From Erysipelotrichaceae bacterium (GTDB lineage: Bacteria; Bacillota_I; Bacilli_A; RFN20; CAG-826), in assembly GCA_015058945.1 (NCBI GenBank), contig SVBF01000011.1, positions 12,527-76,526 on the forward strand: a DNA stretch of 64,000 bases, in the 5' to 3' direction. Shown here piece after piece: positions 9,131 to 17,721 of this stretch; within the stretch, counting starts at the first letter, position 1, and each line of letters begins with the position of its first letter. The position numbers and the translations under genes are program-made. The notes under the pieces are model-generated. The model was not told the DNA's origin and ran no database searches. It saw only the letters and a list, made by a program, of their open reading frames with translations.

Positions 9131-11017
9131 ATGGAAAGCGAAGAAAAGGAACTCGGATTGAAATTCGATAGCCCTGCCTTTTTGAAGTATATGAGCTATC
9201 CCGAGCTTTCTTGTCTTTGCGCGGACATCCGTAAGGAGTTGATCCGCGTCTGCTCCATCTATGGAGGACATTTGTCCTCAAATCTCGGCGACGTCGAACT
9301 CACCGTGGCGCTCCATCGCTGCTTCGACTTCTCCAAGGATAAGCTCATCTTCGATGTGGGCCACCAATGCTATACCCACAAGATCCTCACGGGGCGGTCT
9401 TTGGAACACCTCAACGAGAAAGGCCAGGTCGCCGGCTTCCAGAAACGTGCCGAATCCCCATATGACCCGTGGGAAGCGGGGCATTCGTCGACGTCCATCT
9501 CCGCCGCGGAGGCCTTCGCGATGGCCCGCGACGAAAAGGGTGAAAAGTACGATGTGGTCGCGCTTGTTGGCGATTCCTCCATCGTCAACGGCCTCGCTTT
9601 TGAGGCGCTCAACCACGTCGGCAATAGCCCGAGCAAGATCATCGTCATCCTTAACGACAACGACATGTCCATCGGACGTCCGGTCGGCGCTTTGGCGCGT
9701 ATGTTCAGCAGCATTTCCACCGGTAGGGCGTACACGAAGGCCAAAAGCGGTTATCGCCGCGCGCTGACCAAGACCAGATTCGGTCGCAAGCTCTACGATT
9801 GGTCCCGCGACGTCAAAGACTGGTTCAAGCGCAAGGTCGTACCGACCACGATCTTCGATAACTTGGGATTCACTTACATCAACTCAGTTGATGGTCATAA
9901 CATCGAAGCCATCGAAAAGGCCTTGAAACGGGCCAAACGCGCAACCAAATCGGTCGTCGTCCACGTCTGTACGGTCAAAGGCAAAGGGTATTCCTACGCC
10001 GAGAACGACCGCACCGGCTATTGGCATGGCGTGACGCCTTTTGACATCGAGACCGGCCGTCCCAAGAACTTGCACCCCGGTTTCATTTCCTGGAGCCATT
10101 TCATCGCCGACCTCACCGTGGAGATCATGGGGGAGAAGAAGGAGAGCCACCTCGTCGTCCCGGCGACGGCGAAGGGCAGTGGCTTGGAGAAAGCCTTCGC
10201 TTCCTATCCCGAACGCTGCCACGACGTCGGCATCGCCGAAGAGCACGCGGCCACCCTCTGCGGTGCCCTCGCGGTCAACGGCATCCACCCGATTCTTTCG
10301 ATCTACTCGACCTTTTTGCAGCGTGCCTATGACGAAATCAGCCATGATTGCGCCCGCATGAAAGTCGACATGACCATCCTCATCGACCGCGCCGGATTCG
10401 TCGGCGGCAACGGCGACACCCATCAAGGCATTTATGACGTCGCCTACCTCAAGTCCATCCCCAACGTCGTCATCACCATGCCTTCGACCAAGGCCATCGC
10501 CAGGGCGCTCTATTTCCAATCCTTCGACCATCATGGCGTCTTCGCCATCCGTTTCCCCAGGGAAATGGTCCGCGACTCCGAGGAATCCACCGGGGCCTAC
10601 CTGCCGTATATGCGTTGGCGTTATGAGGAGAATTCCACCTCCAAGCACCTCGCGATCATCGCCGTCGGCCCGCGGGAAAAAGAGATCCTCGAACTCGCCA
10701 AAAAGCGCTTCCTCGATGCAGAAATCATCGATCCCGTCTACCTTTTCCCGCTGCAGAAAGACAACATCATCCCGTTGCTCTCCTATGAGAACATCCTCAT
10801 CTACGATTCCTATGGCACCAAGGAAGGGTTCGCCGATAGTTTGCTCGCCGCTTTGGCGGAATACGGCTATCGGGGCAATGTCCTTTCTCGCGCCATCCCG
10901 AATGTCTTCGTTCAACATGCGAAGAAGGACGAGCAGCTCTCCGAGTTCGGCTTATTGCCGCAACAAGTGATCCACGAGGCGGAGACGATTCTCGCCAAAG
11001 CGAAAAAGAAGAAGTAA
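9131..11017 (+). CDS. dxs: 1-deoxy-D-xylulose-5-phosphate synthase
   Basis: GGHLSSNLGDVELTVALH, DVGHQCYTHKILTGR and GDSSIVNGLAFEALN are DXS motifs; length is 628 aa. Confidence 0.95.
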   Translation: MESEEKELGLKFDSPAFLKYMSYPELSCLCADIRKELIRVCSIYGGHLSSNLGDVELTVALHRCFDFSKDKLIFDVGHQCYTHKILTGRSLEHLNEKGQVAGFQKRAESPYDPWEAGHSSTSISAAEAFAMARDEKGEKYDVVALVGDSSIVNGLAFEALNHVGNSPSKIIVILNDNDMSIGRPVGALARMFSSISTGRAYTKAKSGYRRALTKTRFGRKLYDWSRDVKDWFKRKVVPTTIFDNLGFTYINSVDGHNIEAIEKALKRAKRATKSVVVHVCTVKGKGYSYAENDRTGYWHGVTPFDIETGRPKNLHPGFISWSHFIADLTVEIMGEKKESHLVVPATAKGSGLEKAFASYPERCHDVGIAEEHAATLCGALAVNGIHPILSIYSTFLQRAYDEISHDCARMKVDMTILIDRAGFVGGNGDTHQGIYDVAYLKSIPNVVITMPSTKAIARALYFQSFDHHGVFAIRFPREMVRDSEESTGAYLPYMRWRYEENSTSKHLAIIAVGPREKEILELAKKRFLDAEIIDPVYLFPLQKDNIIPLLSYENILIYDSYGTKEGFADSLLAALAEYGYRGNVLSRAIPNVFVQHAKKDEQLSEFGLLPQQVIHEAETILAKAKKKK

Positions 11018-11029
11018 AACGAAATTTCC

Positions 11030-11053
11030 AGCCCTCGTTTGAGGGCTTTTTTG
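11030..11053 (+). terminator. Rho-independent terminator after dxs
   Basis: GCCCTC-GTTT-GAGGGC followed by TTTTTT. Confidence 0.85.
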
Positions 11054-11087
11054 ATGACGCTTAACATAACGCGCATATAATAAAGCC

Positions 11088-12278
11088 ATGTCCAAGGTCA
11101 TCATGCACATCGATCTCAATGCCTTTTTCGTGACCTGCGAGACGATGCGCGACCCTAGCCTCAAAGGAAAACCGGTCATCGTGGGGCATGCGGGGAGGAG
11201 TGGGATCGTGTCGACTTGCTCCTACGAAGCCCGCGCTTTCGGCGTCCATTCCGGCCAACCGACTTTCCAAGCACTGAAGCTTTGTCCCGATGCAATCATC
11301 GTCGAACCTCATTTTCATGACTACGAAGTCTATTCCCGTTCGTTCTTTTCCTATGTGAGGCGATACACCCAAACCATCGAGGTCGCCTCGATCGACGAGT
11401 GCTATGCGGACATGACCAAGGCCCTAAGCGGGGTGAAAGACGTGGTCGCCTATCTAAGGAAAATGCAGTTCGATCTAAAGAATGAGACCGGGTTATCCTG
11501 CAGCATCGGCATCGCGCCGACCAAGTGGCTCGCCAAGATGGCCAGCGACATGAAAAAACCGATGGGACTCGTCTTTTTGCGGCGACGCGACATCCCGAAG
11601 ATCCTCTATCCGATGCCCATCGAATCCTTTTGGGGCATCGGCAAGAAGACCGCCCCGTATCTCCGTTCCGTCGGCATCGACACCATCGGCGATTTGGCCA
11701 AAGCCACCGAGCGTGACGACCCTTTGCTCCAACGGGAACTCGGCAAGTTTTATTCGACCGTCAAAGATTGGGTCGCGGGCAGGGGATCGGACATCGTAAA
11801 CACCGAGGAGTGGGATCCGAAATCCGTCGGCGTCAGCGAGACGTTGATGTACGACTCCAAAGGCTATGCCGAGATCCAAAAGACCTTGCACGACATCTGC
11901 CTCGAAGTCTCACGTCGGGCCAAAAAGGAAGGCAAAGTGGGACGCGGGGTCACCCTTCACGTCAAAGACACCGCCTTCAAACTCCATAGCAAGGCCTCGA
12001 CCTTCGACGCACCGACCGATGACCCAGAGACCCTCTTTTCGCGCGTCAGCGCCCTTTATAAGGCGAACTACGAGGACATGGAGGTCCGCCTCATCGGGGT
12101 CACGCTGGAAAAACTCGGCGTCTTGGCTCATGAGGAAGTCCAGATGAGCCTATGGAACTACGAGCAATACGAAGAGATGGATAAGACCAAACTATTGATC
12201 GCCGAACTTAACCGCAAACTCGATAAGCCGTCCATCATCCGCGGATCCGAGGCGAAGAAAGGGAAAAAAGATGCGTGA
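11088..12278 (+). CDS. dinB: DNA polymerase IV (Y-family)
   Basis: HIDLNAFFVTCE, SYEARAFGVHSG and SIDECYADMT are Y-family catalytic motifs. Confidence 0.9.
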   Translation: MSKVIMHIDLNAFFVTCETMRDPSLKGKPVIVGHAGRSGIVSTCSYEARAFGVHSGQPTFQALKLCPDAIIVEPHFHDYEVYSRSFFSYVRRYTQTIEVASIDECYADMTKALSGVKDVVAYLRKMQFDLKNETGLSCSIGIAPTKWLAKMASDMKKPMGLVFLRRRDIPKILYPMPIESFWGIGKKTAPYLRSVGIDTIGDLAKATERDDPLLQRELGKFYSTVKDWVAGRGSDIVNTEEWDPKSVGVSETLMYDSKGYAEIQKTLHDICLEVSRRAKKEGKVGRGVTLHVKDTAFKLHSKASTFDAPTDDPETLFSRVSALYKANYEDMEVRLIGVTLEKLGVLAHEEVQMSLWNYEQYEEMDKTKLLIAELNRKLDKPSIIRGSEAKKGKKDA

Positions 12279-13170
12279 ACTCACCTTGACCGACGCGATC
12301 GACGATTATCTCCAATACCTGATGGTGGAACGCGGTTTGACCCGGGTCACCATCGAGGATTACCACAGCGACCTGAAGCTCTTCCTTTCCTATTTCCCCC
12401 AAAAGAAGACGACCGCCGATCTCCTCTCGAGCGACATCTATGACTTCACCCTCAAAGAAGGGGAGAACGAACGCGCCCCCGCGACCGTTGCTCGGCGCAT
12501 CAGCACCCTCTATAACTTCTATTACTTCCTCGCCAGGGAAGGCTATATCGCTTCCCCCGGCGACCATGTCGATCGCCCCAAGCAAGCCAAGCATCTCCCG
12601 ACCGTCCTTTCCGTCACCGAGGTCGAGGAGCTCTTGGACCAGCCCGACGTCAAAACCGAGTCGGGGGCCAGGGACAAAGCGATGCTCGAGACGATGTACG
12701 CTTCCGGATTACGCGTCAGCGAACTATGCGCCCTAAAACTCAAGGACGTCCATTTTCCCGCCCGCACCATCATCGTAAGCCGCGGCAAAGGACAGAAGGC
12801 GCGCGTCGTGCCGGTTTCGCCCTTCGCCCTAGAATGGCTCAAGCATTACGTGGAGAAATACCGCAAGGCCAATCCGGGCAGCAAGAGTCAGTATCTCTTC
12901 CTTAACCTCCAAGGCGCCCCGGTGACGCGGCAATACTTCTTCATGGCGGTCAAGCGTTACGCCCTAGAGGCGGGGCTACGCCAGGCGTCCATGATCTCGC
13001 CGCACACCTTGCGCCATTGCTTTGCCACCCATCTTCTCGAAAGCGGGGCGGAGCTAAGGGCGGTGCAGGAAATGCTTGGCCATGCCCACCTTTCGACCAC
13101 CCAGATCTACACCCATGTTTCCTCCCGGCGCATCTATGAGGCATATCAAGCCTACGCGCGGAGGAAATAA
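12271..13170 (+). CDS. xerD: Tyrosine recombinase XerD (chromosome dimer resolution)
   Basis: The C-terminal catalytic box is HTLRHCFATHLLESGAELRAVQEMLGHAHLSTTQIYTHV. The gene is followed by deoB, as for B. subtilis ripX(xerD)-drm. Confidence 0.8.
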   Translation: MRELTLTDAIDDYLQYLMVERGLTRVTIEDYHSDLKLFLSYFPQKKTTADLLSSDIYDFTLKEGENERAPATVARRISTLYNFYYFLAREGYIASPGDHVDRPKQAKHLPTVLSVTEVEELLDQPDVKTESGARDKAMLETMYASGLRVSELCALKLKDVHFPARTIIVSRGKGQKARVVPVSPFALEWLKHYVEKYRKANPGSKSQYLFLNLQGAPVTRQYFFMAVKRYALEAGLRQASMISPHTLRHCFATHLLESGAELRAVQEMLGHAHLSTTQIYTHVSSRRIYEAYQAYARRK

Positions 13171-13204
13171 TGCGTATAATGTACCGTTACGGAGGTTAAC
13201 CACC

Positions 13205-14413
13205 ATGTCCAAACCCCTCAAATTCAAACGCATCTTCCTGATCGTCGCCGATAGCGCGGGCGTCGGCGAGGAACCAGACGCCGATAAATTCGGCGACGTC
13301 GGTTCCAACACCTTTGCCCACGCGGCTGAATCCGTCGGCGGGCTCAATGTCCCCGTCATGGAATCGATGGGCTTAGGCGAGCTCACCGACATCATGGGCG
13401 TCAAACCCATCCACGACCATCCCCATGCCTTCTCTCTTCGCTTGCGCGAGACCAGCAACGGCAAAGACACCATGACCGGCCACTGGGAGATGATGGGCGT
13501 CAACACCAAGACCCCGTTCCAGACCTTCACCGACACCGGCTTCCCGAAAGAACTCATGGACGAACTCTCCAAGCGGACCGGCCATAAACTAATCGGCAAT
13601 TATTCCGCCTCGGGCACCGAGATCCTCAAGGAACTCGGCGAGGAGCAGATGAGGGACAATTCCTTAATCGTCTATACCTCCGCCGATAGCGTCCTCCAGA
13701 TCGCCGCCCACGAGGAAGTCACGGGCTTACAGGAACTCTATCGCTGCTGCGAGATCGCCCGCGAGCTCTGCATGAAACCCGAATGGAAAGTGGGCCGCGT
13801 CATCGCCCGTCCTTACGTCGGCACCAACAAAGACGACTTCAAACGCATCACCGGCGACCGTCACGACTATGCCCTTAGCCCCTCGGAACCGACCGACATG
13901 GACACGTTAAAGGAAAATGGATACATGGTTTCCTGCGTCGGCAAGATCAGCGACATCTTCAATATGGCCGGTGTCGTCAAGACCGTCCACACCGTCTCCA
14001 ACGAGGATGGCATGGATAAGACCATCGAACAGCTCAAGAACGAGGATTGGGAAGGCCTATGCTTCGTCAACCTCGTCGAATTCGATTCGGAATACGGCCA
14101 TCGCCGCAACCCGGTCGGCTACGCGCGTTGCCTTGAGGCCCTCGATAAGCGCCTCGCCGAGTTCATCCAGAACATGAAAGAGGACGACCTCCTCATGGTC
14201 ACCGCCGACCACGGCAACGACCCGACCTTCAAAGGCACCGACCATACGCGCGAGAAAGTGCCGCTGCTCATGTATTCGCCCTCGATCAAAAACGGCAAAT
14301 ACCTCGAGGAGCGCGCGACCTTCGCCGACATGGGTGCCTCGATCCTCAAGAACTTCAACCTGAAAAAGCGCGAGTCGCTGCTCGGCGAACCGATCGACGA
14401 ACTCTTCGCATGA
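13205..14413 (+). CDS. deoB: Phosphopentomutase
   Basis: ATG at 13205 follows GGAGG. Motifs: IVADSAGVGEEPDADKFGDVGSNTF and TADHGNDPT (metal-binding). The tracked ORF start (13076) overlaps the xerD end. Confidence 0.93.
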   Translation: MSKPLKFKRIFLIVADSAGVGEEPDADKFGDVGSNTFAHAAESVGGLNVPVMESMGLGELTDIMGVKPIHDHPHAFSLRLRETSNGKDTMTGHWEMMGVNTKTPFQTFTDTGFPKELMDELSKRTGHKLIGNYSASGTEILKELGEEQMRDNSLIVYTSADSVLQIAAHEEVTGLQELYRCCEIARELCMKPEWKVGRVIARPYVGTNKDDFKRITGDRHDYALSPSEPTDMDTLKENGYMVSCVGKISDIFNMAGVVKTVHTVSNEDGMDKTIEQLKNEDWEGLCFVNLVEFDSEYGHRRNPVGYARCLEALDKRLAEFIQNMKEDDLLMVTADHGNDPTFKGTDHTREKVPLLMYSPSIKNGKYLEERATFADMGASILKNFNLKKRESLLGEPIDELFA

Positions 14414-14419
14414 CCTAAC

Positions 14420-14442
14420 GCCCTGGTTTCCAGGGCTTTTTC
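14420..14442. terminator. Bidirectional terminator between deoB and the ABC permease gene
   Basis: GCCCTGG-TTTC-CAGGGC followed by TTTTT on the plus strand. It sits between two convergent stop codons. Confidence 0.75.
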
Positions 14443-15205
14443 ATCGCGCGACGCGCAAGGCTTTTTTGGTCCAATAGGCGAGAAGATCGAACAACAACAC
14501 GATGACGATCGCGATAAGGGCGATGGCGAATACGGGGGTGAGGTCGCTCGGATCTAGGTTGCGGTAGACCCGTATCGCACCGCCTAGTCCCGGACTTGTC
14601 ATGCCGGCGACGATCTCCGCCATGATGGAAGTCTTGAAGGAGAGGGCAAAGCTCGAGACGACGCCAAGGACGAAGTAGGGGATGGAAAGCGGGATTTTGA
14701 TGCGGACGAGTCTTTTTAGCCGCGACGCCCCGTCGACTCGTGAGGCGTAGACCAATTGCCGCGGCACGGCGTTATAGCCGGCGACGACGGCCTCGTAAAG
14801 GATGGGGAAGGCCAATAGCCCGACGATCCATATCGGGGCGCGCGAGGTACCGGACAACATCAAGAAAAGGAAGACAAAGGCGGCGGTCGGCGCGCTTTTG
14901 AAGACGAGGATGAGCGGTTTGAAGAAACGTTGAAGGTAGGGAAACTCACCCGCGAAGGAACCAAGCAGCAACGCTAAGGCGAAGGCGATCGCGAACCCTT
15001 CGAGGGTACGAAGCAACGTCATGCCGAGGCATTGGTAGATGTAGGATGACGAGAGTAATTCGCCGGTGACGCGAAAGGTGTCGATGGGCGAAGGGAAAAT
15101 GAGGTTGCCCGGGCCTTGGCTAAGCGAGATGAAAAGCCATAGCAGGAAGACCAGGGCCAAACCGGCGGTGTAGACGAAACTATTACTTGTAATAAATCTC
15201 TTCAT
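14441..15205 (-). CDS. ABC transporter permease (NitT/TauT-like family)
   Basis: Six hydrophobic helices and an EAA-type loop (ASRVDGASRLKRLVRIKIPLSIPY). The start overlaps the upstream binding-protein gene by 23 nt. Confidence 0.85.
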   Translation of the reverse strand: MKRFITSNSFVYTAGLALVFLLWLFISLSQGPGNLIFPSPIDTFRVTGELLSSSYIYQCLGMTLLRTLEGFAIAFALALLLGSFAGEFPYLQRFFKPLILVFKSAPTAAFVFLFLMLSGTSRAPIWIVGLLAFPILYEAVVAGYNAVPRQLVYASRVDGASRLKRLVRIKIPLSIPYFVLGVVSSFALSFKTSIMAEIVAGMTSPGLGGAIRVYRNLDPSDLTPVFAIALIAIVIVLLFDLLAYWTKKALRVAR

Positions 15206-16124
15206 TCAGATCGGTGAGGCCGAAGAGGGCGACGAAGTTCTCGACCGCTTGGCGGATCGAATAGGCGGTCTCATAACCGAGGCCGAGGCGGTTACCGCCT
15301 TTCATCATCTTCTTGACCATCGCTAGAGGGGCGTTGAATTTGGCTTTGACGTCGTCTTCGCTCACGCCTTCAAGGGCGGTGTCGAGGACGTCGGCGTTGT
15401 CACGAAGGCCATTCACGTCATTAGAGACGTTTCCAAGGAAGGCGTTGACCTTTGCCTTATCGGCAGAGTTATTGACGAAGATTGAGGCTTGGGTGATCTT
15501 CATGCCGCCGGATTTCTCGGCGAACACGGTTTGGAGGTTAGCGTATTCCTTAGCGGATGCGTTCTTGCTAAGGGCCGTGGCCAAAGCGGGTTCGGCCATG
15601 AGGACATATTCGACGTCGGCGTTATCGTCATGGATGTTCTTACCCGAGATCAAGGCTTGGGCGGCGTCGCTGGCGGCGTCGACGTAATGGACGTTGGCAA
15701 GCGAGTCGTAGCAATATTTCAGAATACGGTCGGGGACGTTATTTTGCTGGAAAGCGACGACGTAATCGTCGTTATCGAGGGTGTCGTTATCGTCTTTGCC
15801 AGTGGAGGCGAGATAGAAGTTACCAAAGGTAAGGGTGGCCGCGATCTTGAACGGCGCCTTTTTGTTTTTGATGGCGGCGATGCCGGCGTTGGTGGGGGCG
15901 ACGACGATATCTTTGGCACTGCCTTCGCTTAGATAAGCGACGACGTTGGCGGGGTTGGCGTTGATCTCGAGGGCCGCGCCGCCGTCTTTGACATAGTTAT
16001 AGAAGGCGATGGCGGGGGCGCCGGCGGGGCAAGCGACGTTTAGTTCGAGGGTTCTTGGGGAGGAAGAGCCGCAAGAAGCGAGCATCGCGACGGTGGAGAG
16101 GATGAAGAGTGATTTGGATTTCAT
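15183..16124 (-). CDS. ABC transporter substrate-binding lipoprotein
   Basis: ATG at 16124 (AAGGAA upstream) gives MKSKSLFILSTVAMLASCG, with a lipobox LASC. It is co-oriented with and overlaps the permease gene. Substrate is unknown. Confidence 0.75.
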   Translation of the reverse strand: MKSKSLFILSTVAMLASCGSSSPRTLELNVACPAGAPAIAFYNYVKDGGAALEINANPANVVAYLSEGSAKDIVVAPTNAGIAAIKNKKAPFKIAATLTFGNFYLASTGKDDNDTLDNDDYVVAFQQNNVPDRILKYCYDSLANVHYVDAASDAAQALISGKNIHDDNADVEYVLMAEPALATALSKNASAKEYANLQTVFAEKSGGMKITQASIFVNNSADKAKVNAFLGNVSNDVNGLRDNADVLDTALEGVSEDDVKAKFNAPLAMVKKMMKGGNRLGLGYETAYSIRQAVENFVALFGLTDLNEEIYYK

Positions 16125-16182
16125 GGTGATAGGGTTCCTTATTAGTGCATTGCATATCATAGATATACAAGGCAAAATAATG

Positions 16183-16198
16183 CGTGATTCAAATCACA
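16183..16198. promoter_or_regulatory. CRP/FNR-type palindromic operator candidate
   Basis: CGTGA-TTCAAA-TCACA matches the TGTGA-N6-TCACA consensus at 9 of 10 positions. It lies in the divergent region between the ABC operon and the Crp/Fnr gene. Confidence 0.5.
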
Positions 16199-16789
16199 CT
16201 TATGACTTTATTATCCTTATTAAAGAAACAAGAGGGCATAAAGCCCCAAATACTGCCTTTGAGAAAGGGCGACATCCTTTGTCACGAAGGAGAGGTCTGC
16301 CATGGCGTATACCTAGTCCTCAAGGGAGCCGTAAAGATTTCCTCCTATGCGTTAAACGGCGAGGAAATCATCTATAACTACGTCGAGGAAGGCGGAATCT
16401 TCGGGAACAATTTGGTCTTCGCGAGCGATCCGTCGTTCCGCGGGAACGTCATCGCGGCCAAAGTAGGGGAAATCGTCTTCATTTCGAAGGATCAATTGGT
16501 TCATTTATTACAGTCAGACGAGGAATTCCTAAAGGAATATCTCCGCCTTCAATCCGATTTTGGCAAAAACCTGAACGCGAAGCTGAAACTATTGTCGTTT
16601 TCCCTGGCGGAGGATCGCCTTGTCTTTTATTTGCAGCAGCAAGGGAAGTCAGTGGCGTTTGGGCGCGTATCTGCGTTAGCGGAATCTTTGTTCATAAAGC
16701 GTGAGACGCTATCCAGGTTGCTTCATCGCATGGAAGCCGAGGGCAAAATCAAATTGTCCAAAGGCAGGATCGAGTACCTAGGAAACTAA
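16184..16789 (+). CDS. Crp/Fnr-family transcriptional regulator
   Basis: A cNMP-binding-like beta-roll (LRKGDILCHEGEVCHGVYLVLKGAVKI) is followed by a C-terminal HTH (RETLSRLLHRMEAEGKI). The tracked start is GTG at 16184. ATG at 16202 is an alternative that would leave the palindrome outside the CDS. Confidence 0.8.
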   Translation: MIQITLMTLLSLLKKQEGIKPQILPLRKGDILCHEGEVCHGVYLVLKGAVKISSYALNGEEIIYNYVEEGGIFGNNLVFASDPSFRGNVIAAKVGEIVFISKDQLVHLLQSDEEFLKEYLRLQSDFGKNLNAKLKLLSFSLAEDRLVFYLQQQGKSVAFGRVSALAESLFIKRETLSRLLHRMEAEGKIKLSKGRIEYLGN

Positions 16790-16821
16790 GGCAAGCGGTC
16801 CAAAAGAACAAAATCTAAAAT

Positions 16822-16854
16822 CGATTAATTGTTCGGCACCGAACTATTTAATCG
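16822..16854 (+). terminator. Imperfect inverted repeat after the Crp/Fnr gene (possible terminator)
   Basis: CGATTAA..GTTCGG-CA-CCGAAC..TTAATCG forms a two-segment stem. It is followed only by a weak T-run. Confidence 0.3.
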
Positions 16855-16860
16855 TTGGTG

Positions 16861-17013
16861 GGTTCCATATAGATGAGATCCAGGGAAAAGCTCCCGATAG
16901 GATTTCCGGAGCTGCAGAACGCAGCCGGAGGACGGATCAAACTGCGCGGGGATGAGCTGCGGGAACCCGGAGGAGATGGGAGAACCCGCGCGGAAAGACA
17001 ATGGAATAATTGA
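16861..17013 (+). other. GC-rich structured island / 46-codon ORF of unknown nature
   Basis: Two nested stems. The first is TCCGG-AG-CTGC-AGAAC-GCAG-CCGGA (16905-16929). The second is a 9-bp stem, CTGCGCGGG (16942-50) pairing with CCCGCGCGG (16985-93). An ATG at 16873 opens a 46-codon frame ending at TGA 17011-13. The island is flanked by AT-rich DNA. Confidence 0.3.
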
Positions 17014-17512
17014 TGCGATGTGGAATCATTAGTTGACGAAATACATAATGATTTGATTTAAGCGAGACAAAAACATAATCACCGTTGATTGTCCAAACAG
17101 TCGGCGGGATTTTAAGAAAAATAAGCAAAAATATGTTTAGTAGATTTTCAGTAGTTCAAATTTGTGAACAGATTTTCCGCATTTTTGGAGCGCAAATTTT
17201 ATAAACAATAAATATTAATTCATAAAAATACGCATTTTATCGGCTTTTTTACATCTTTTACTTAACATAATGGACATTATGCGAAGTTAAGTATTTCGAG
17301 GCAATTCGTTTGAAATTCAAAACTACTAAAATTCACGTCATTAGAATTCCGTGGCTGCTTCCACCGCTATTGAATGTCTTTTTGATACTCGCGATAGGTT
17401 CGGGATCTGAATAGATTTATTATTGACGTTTTTCTACGGACAGTATTTGTTAGTGGATCACGCTACTTCCCCTACTTTTTCTTCTATTCCGAATATGGAT
17501 AAAGAAAGTTTT

Positions 17513-17638
17513 CCTCCTCGGGGACTAAGGTAGAAAAAGGCCTCAAGCCTCTGACGAGCTTGAGGTCCAAACCACTACCATAATTTAGCATTATGGGCTC
17601 GTCCCTCGCAAGCCGGGCAAGCGAGGGGCTTGCTGGGA
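17513..17638. repeat. Copy 1 of a ~126-nt three-hairpin repeat
   Basis: By eye it is about 90% identical to 17827-17954. It contains GGCCTCAAGC..GCTTGAGGTC, CATAAT-N5-ATTATG and TCCCTCGC..GCGAGGGG hairpins. Confidence 0.85.
17532..17567 (-). terminator. Rho-independent terminator inside repeat copy 1 (minus orientation)
   Basis: The minus strand reads GACCTCAAGC-loop-GCTTGAGGCC followed by TTTTT. Confidence 0.6.
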
Positions 17639-17721
17639 CATATTAGCATATCGAGAAAGTTTTTGAGCAAATTCGCGTTTTCGACGGGTATATGTCGGTG
17701 AAGAGACATAGGAGGATTCTT

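Noticed and set aside
12271-13170. The tyrosine recombinase as a marker of an integrated mobile element.
   Set aside because: Its sequence and position (upstream of deoB, as for B. subtilis ripX) fit chromosomal XerD. No att-like repeats, phage genes or compositional shift flank it.
16861-17000. Assignment of the GC-rich island to a known riboswitch or housekeeping RNA (ykkC/guanidine, cobalamin, SAM-I, TPP, FMN, glycine, c-di-AMP, SRP, RNase P, tmRNA, tRNA).
   Set aside because: None of the invariant cores is present (for example GGUCCGAGAG, GCCACUG, CUGAGA, GGAAGCAGCC, AGGAAAGUCC). There is no downstream gene on the plus strand. It is kept only as an unidentified structured element.
16937-17128. 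Tracked 63-aa minus-strand ORF in the gene-free island.
   Set aside because: It has no RBS and no recognisable motif. It spans the boundary between the GC-rich and AT-rich segments, and it would be transcribed antisense into the crp-like gene.
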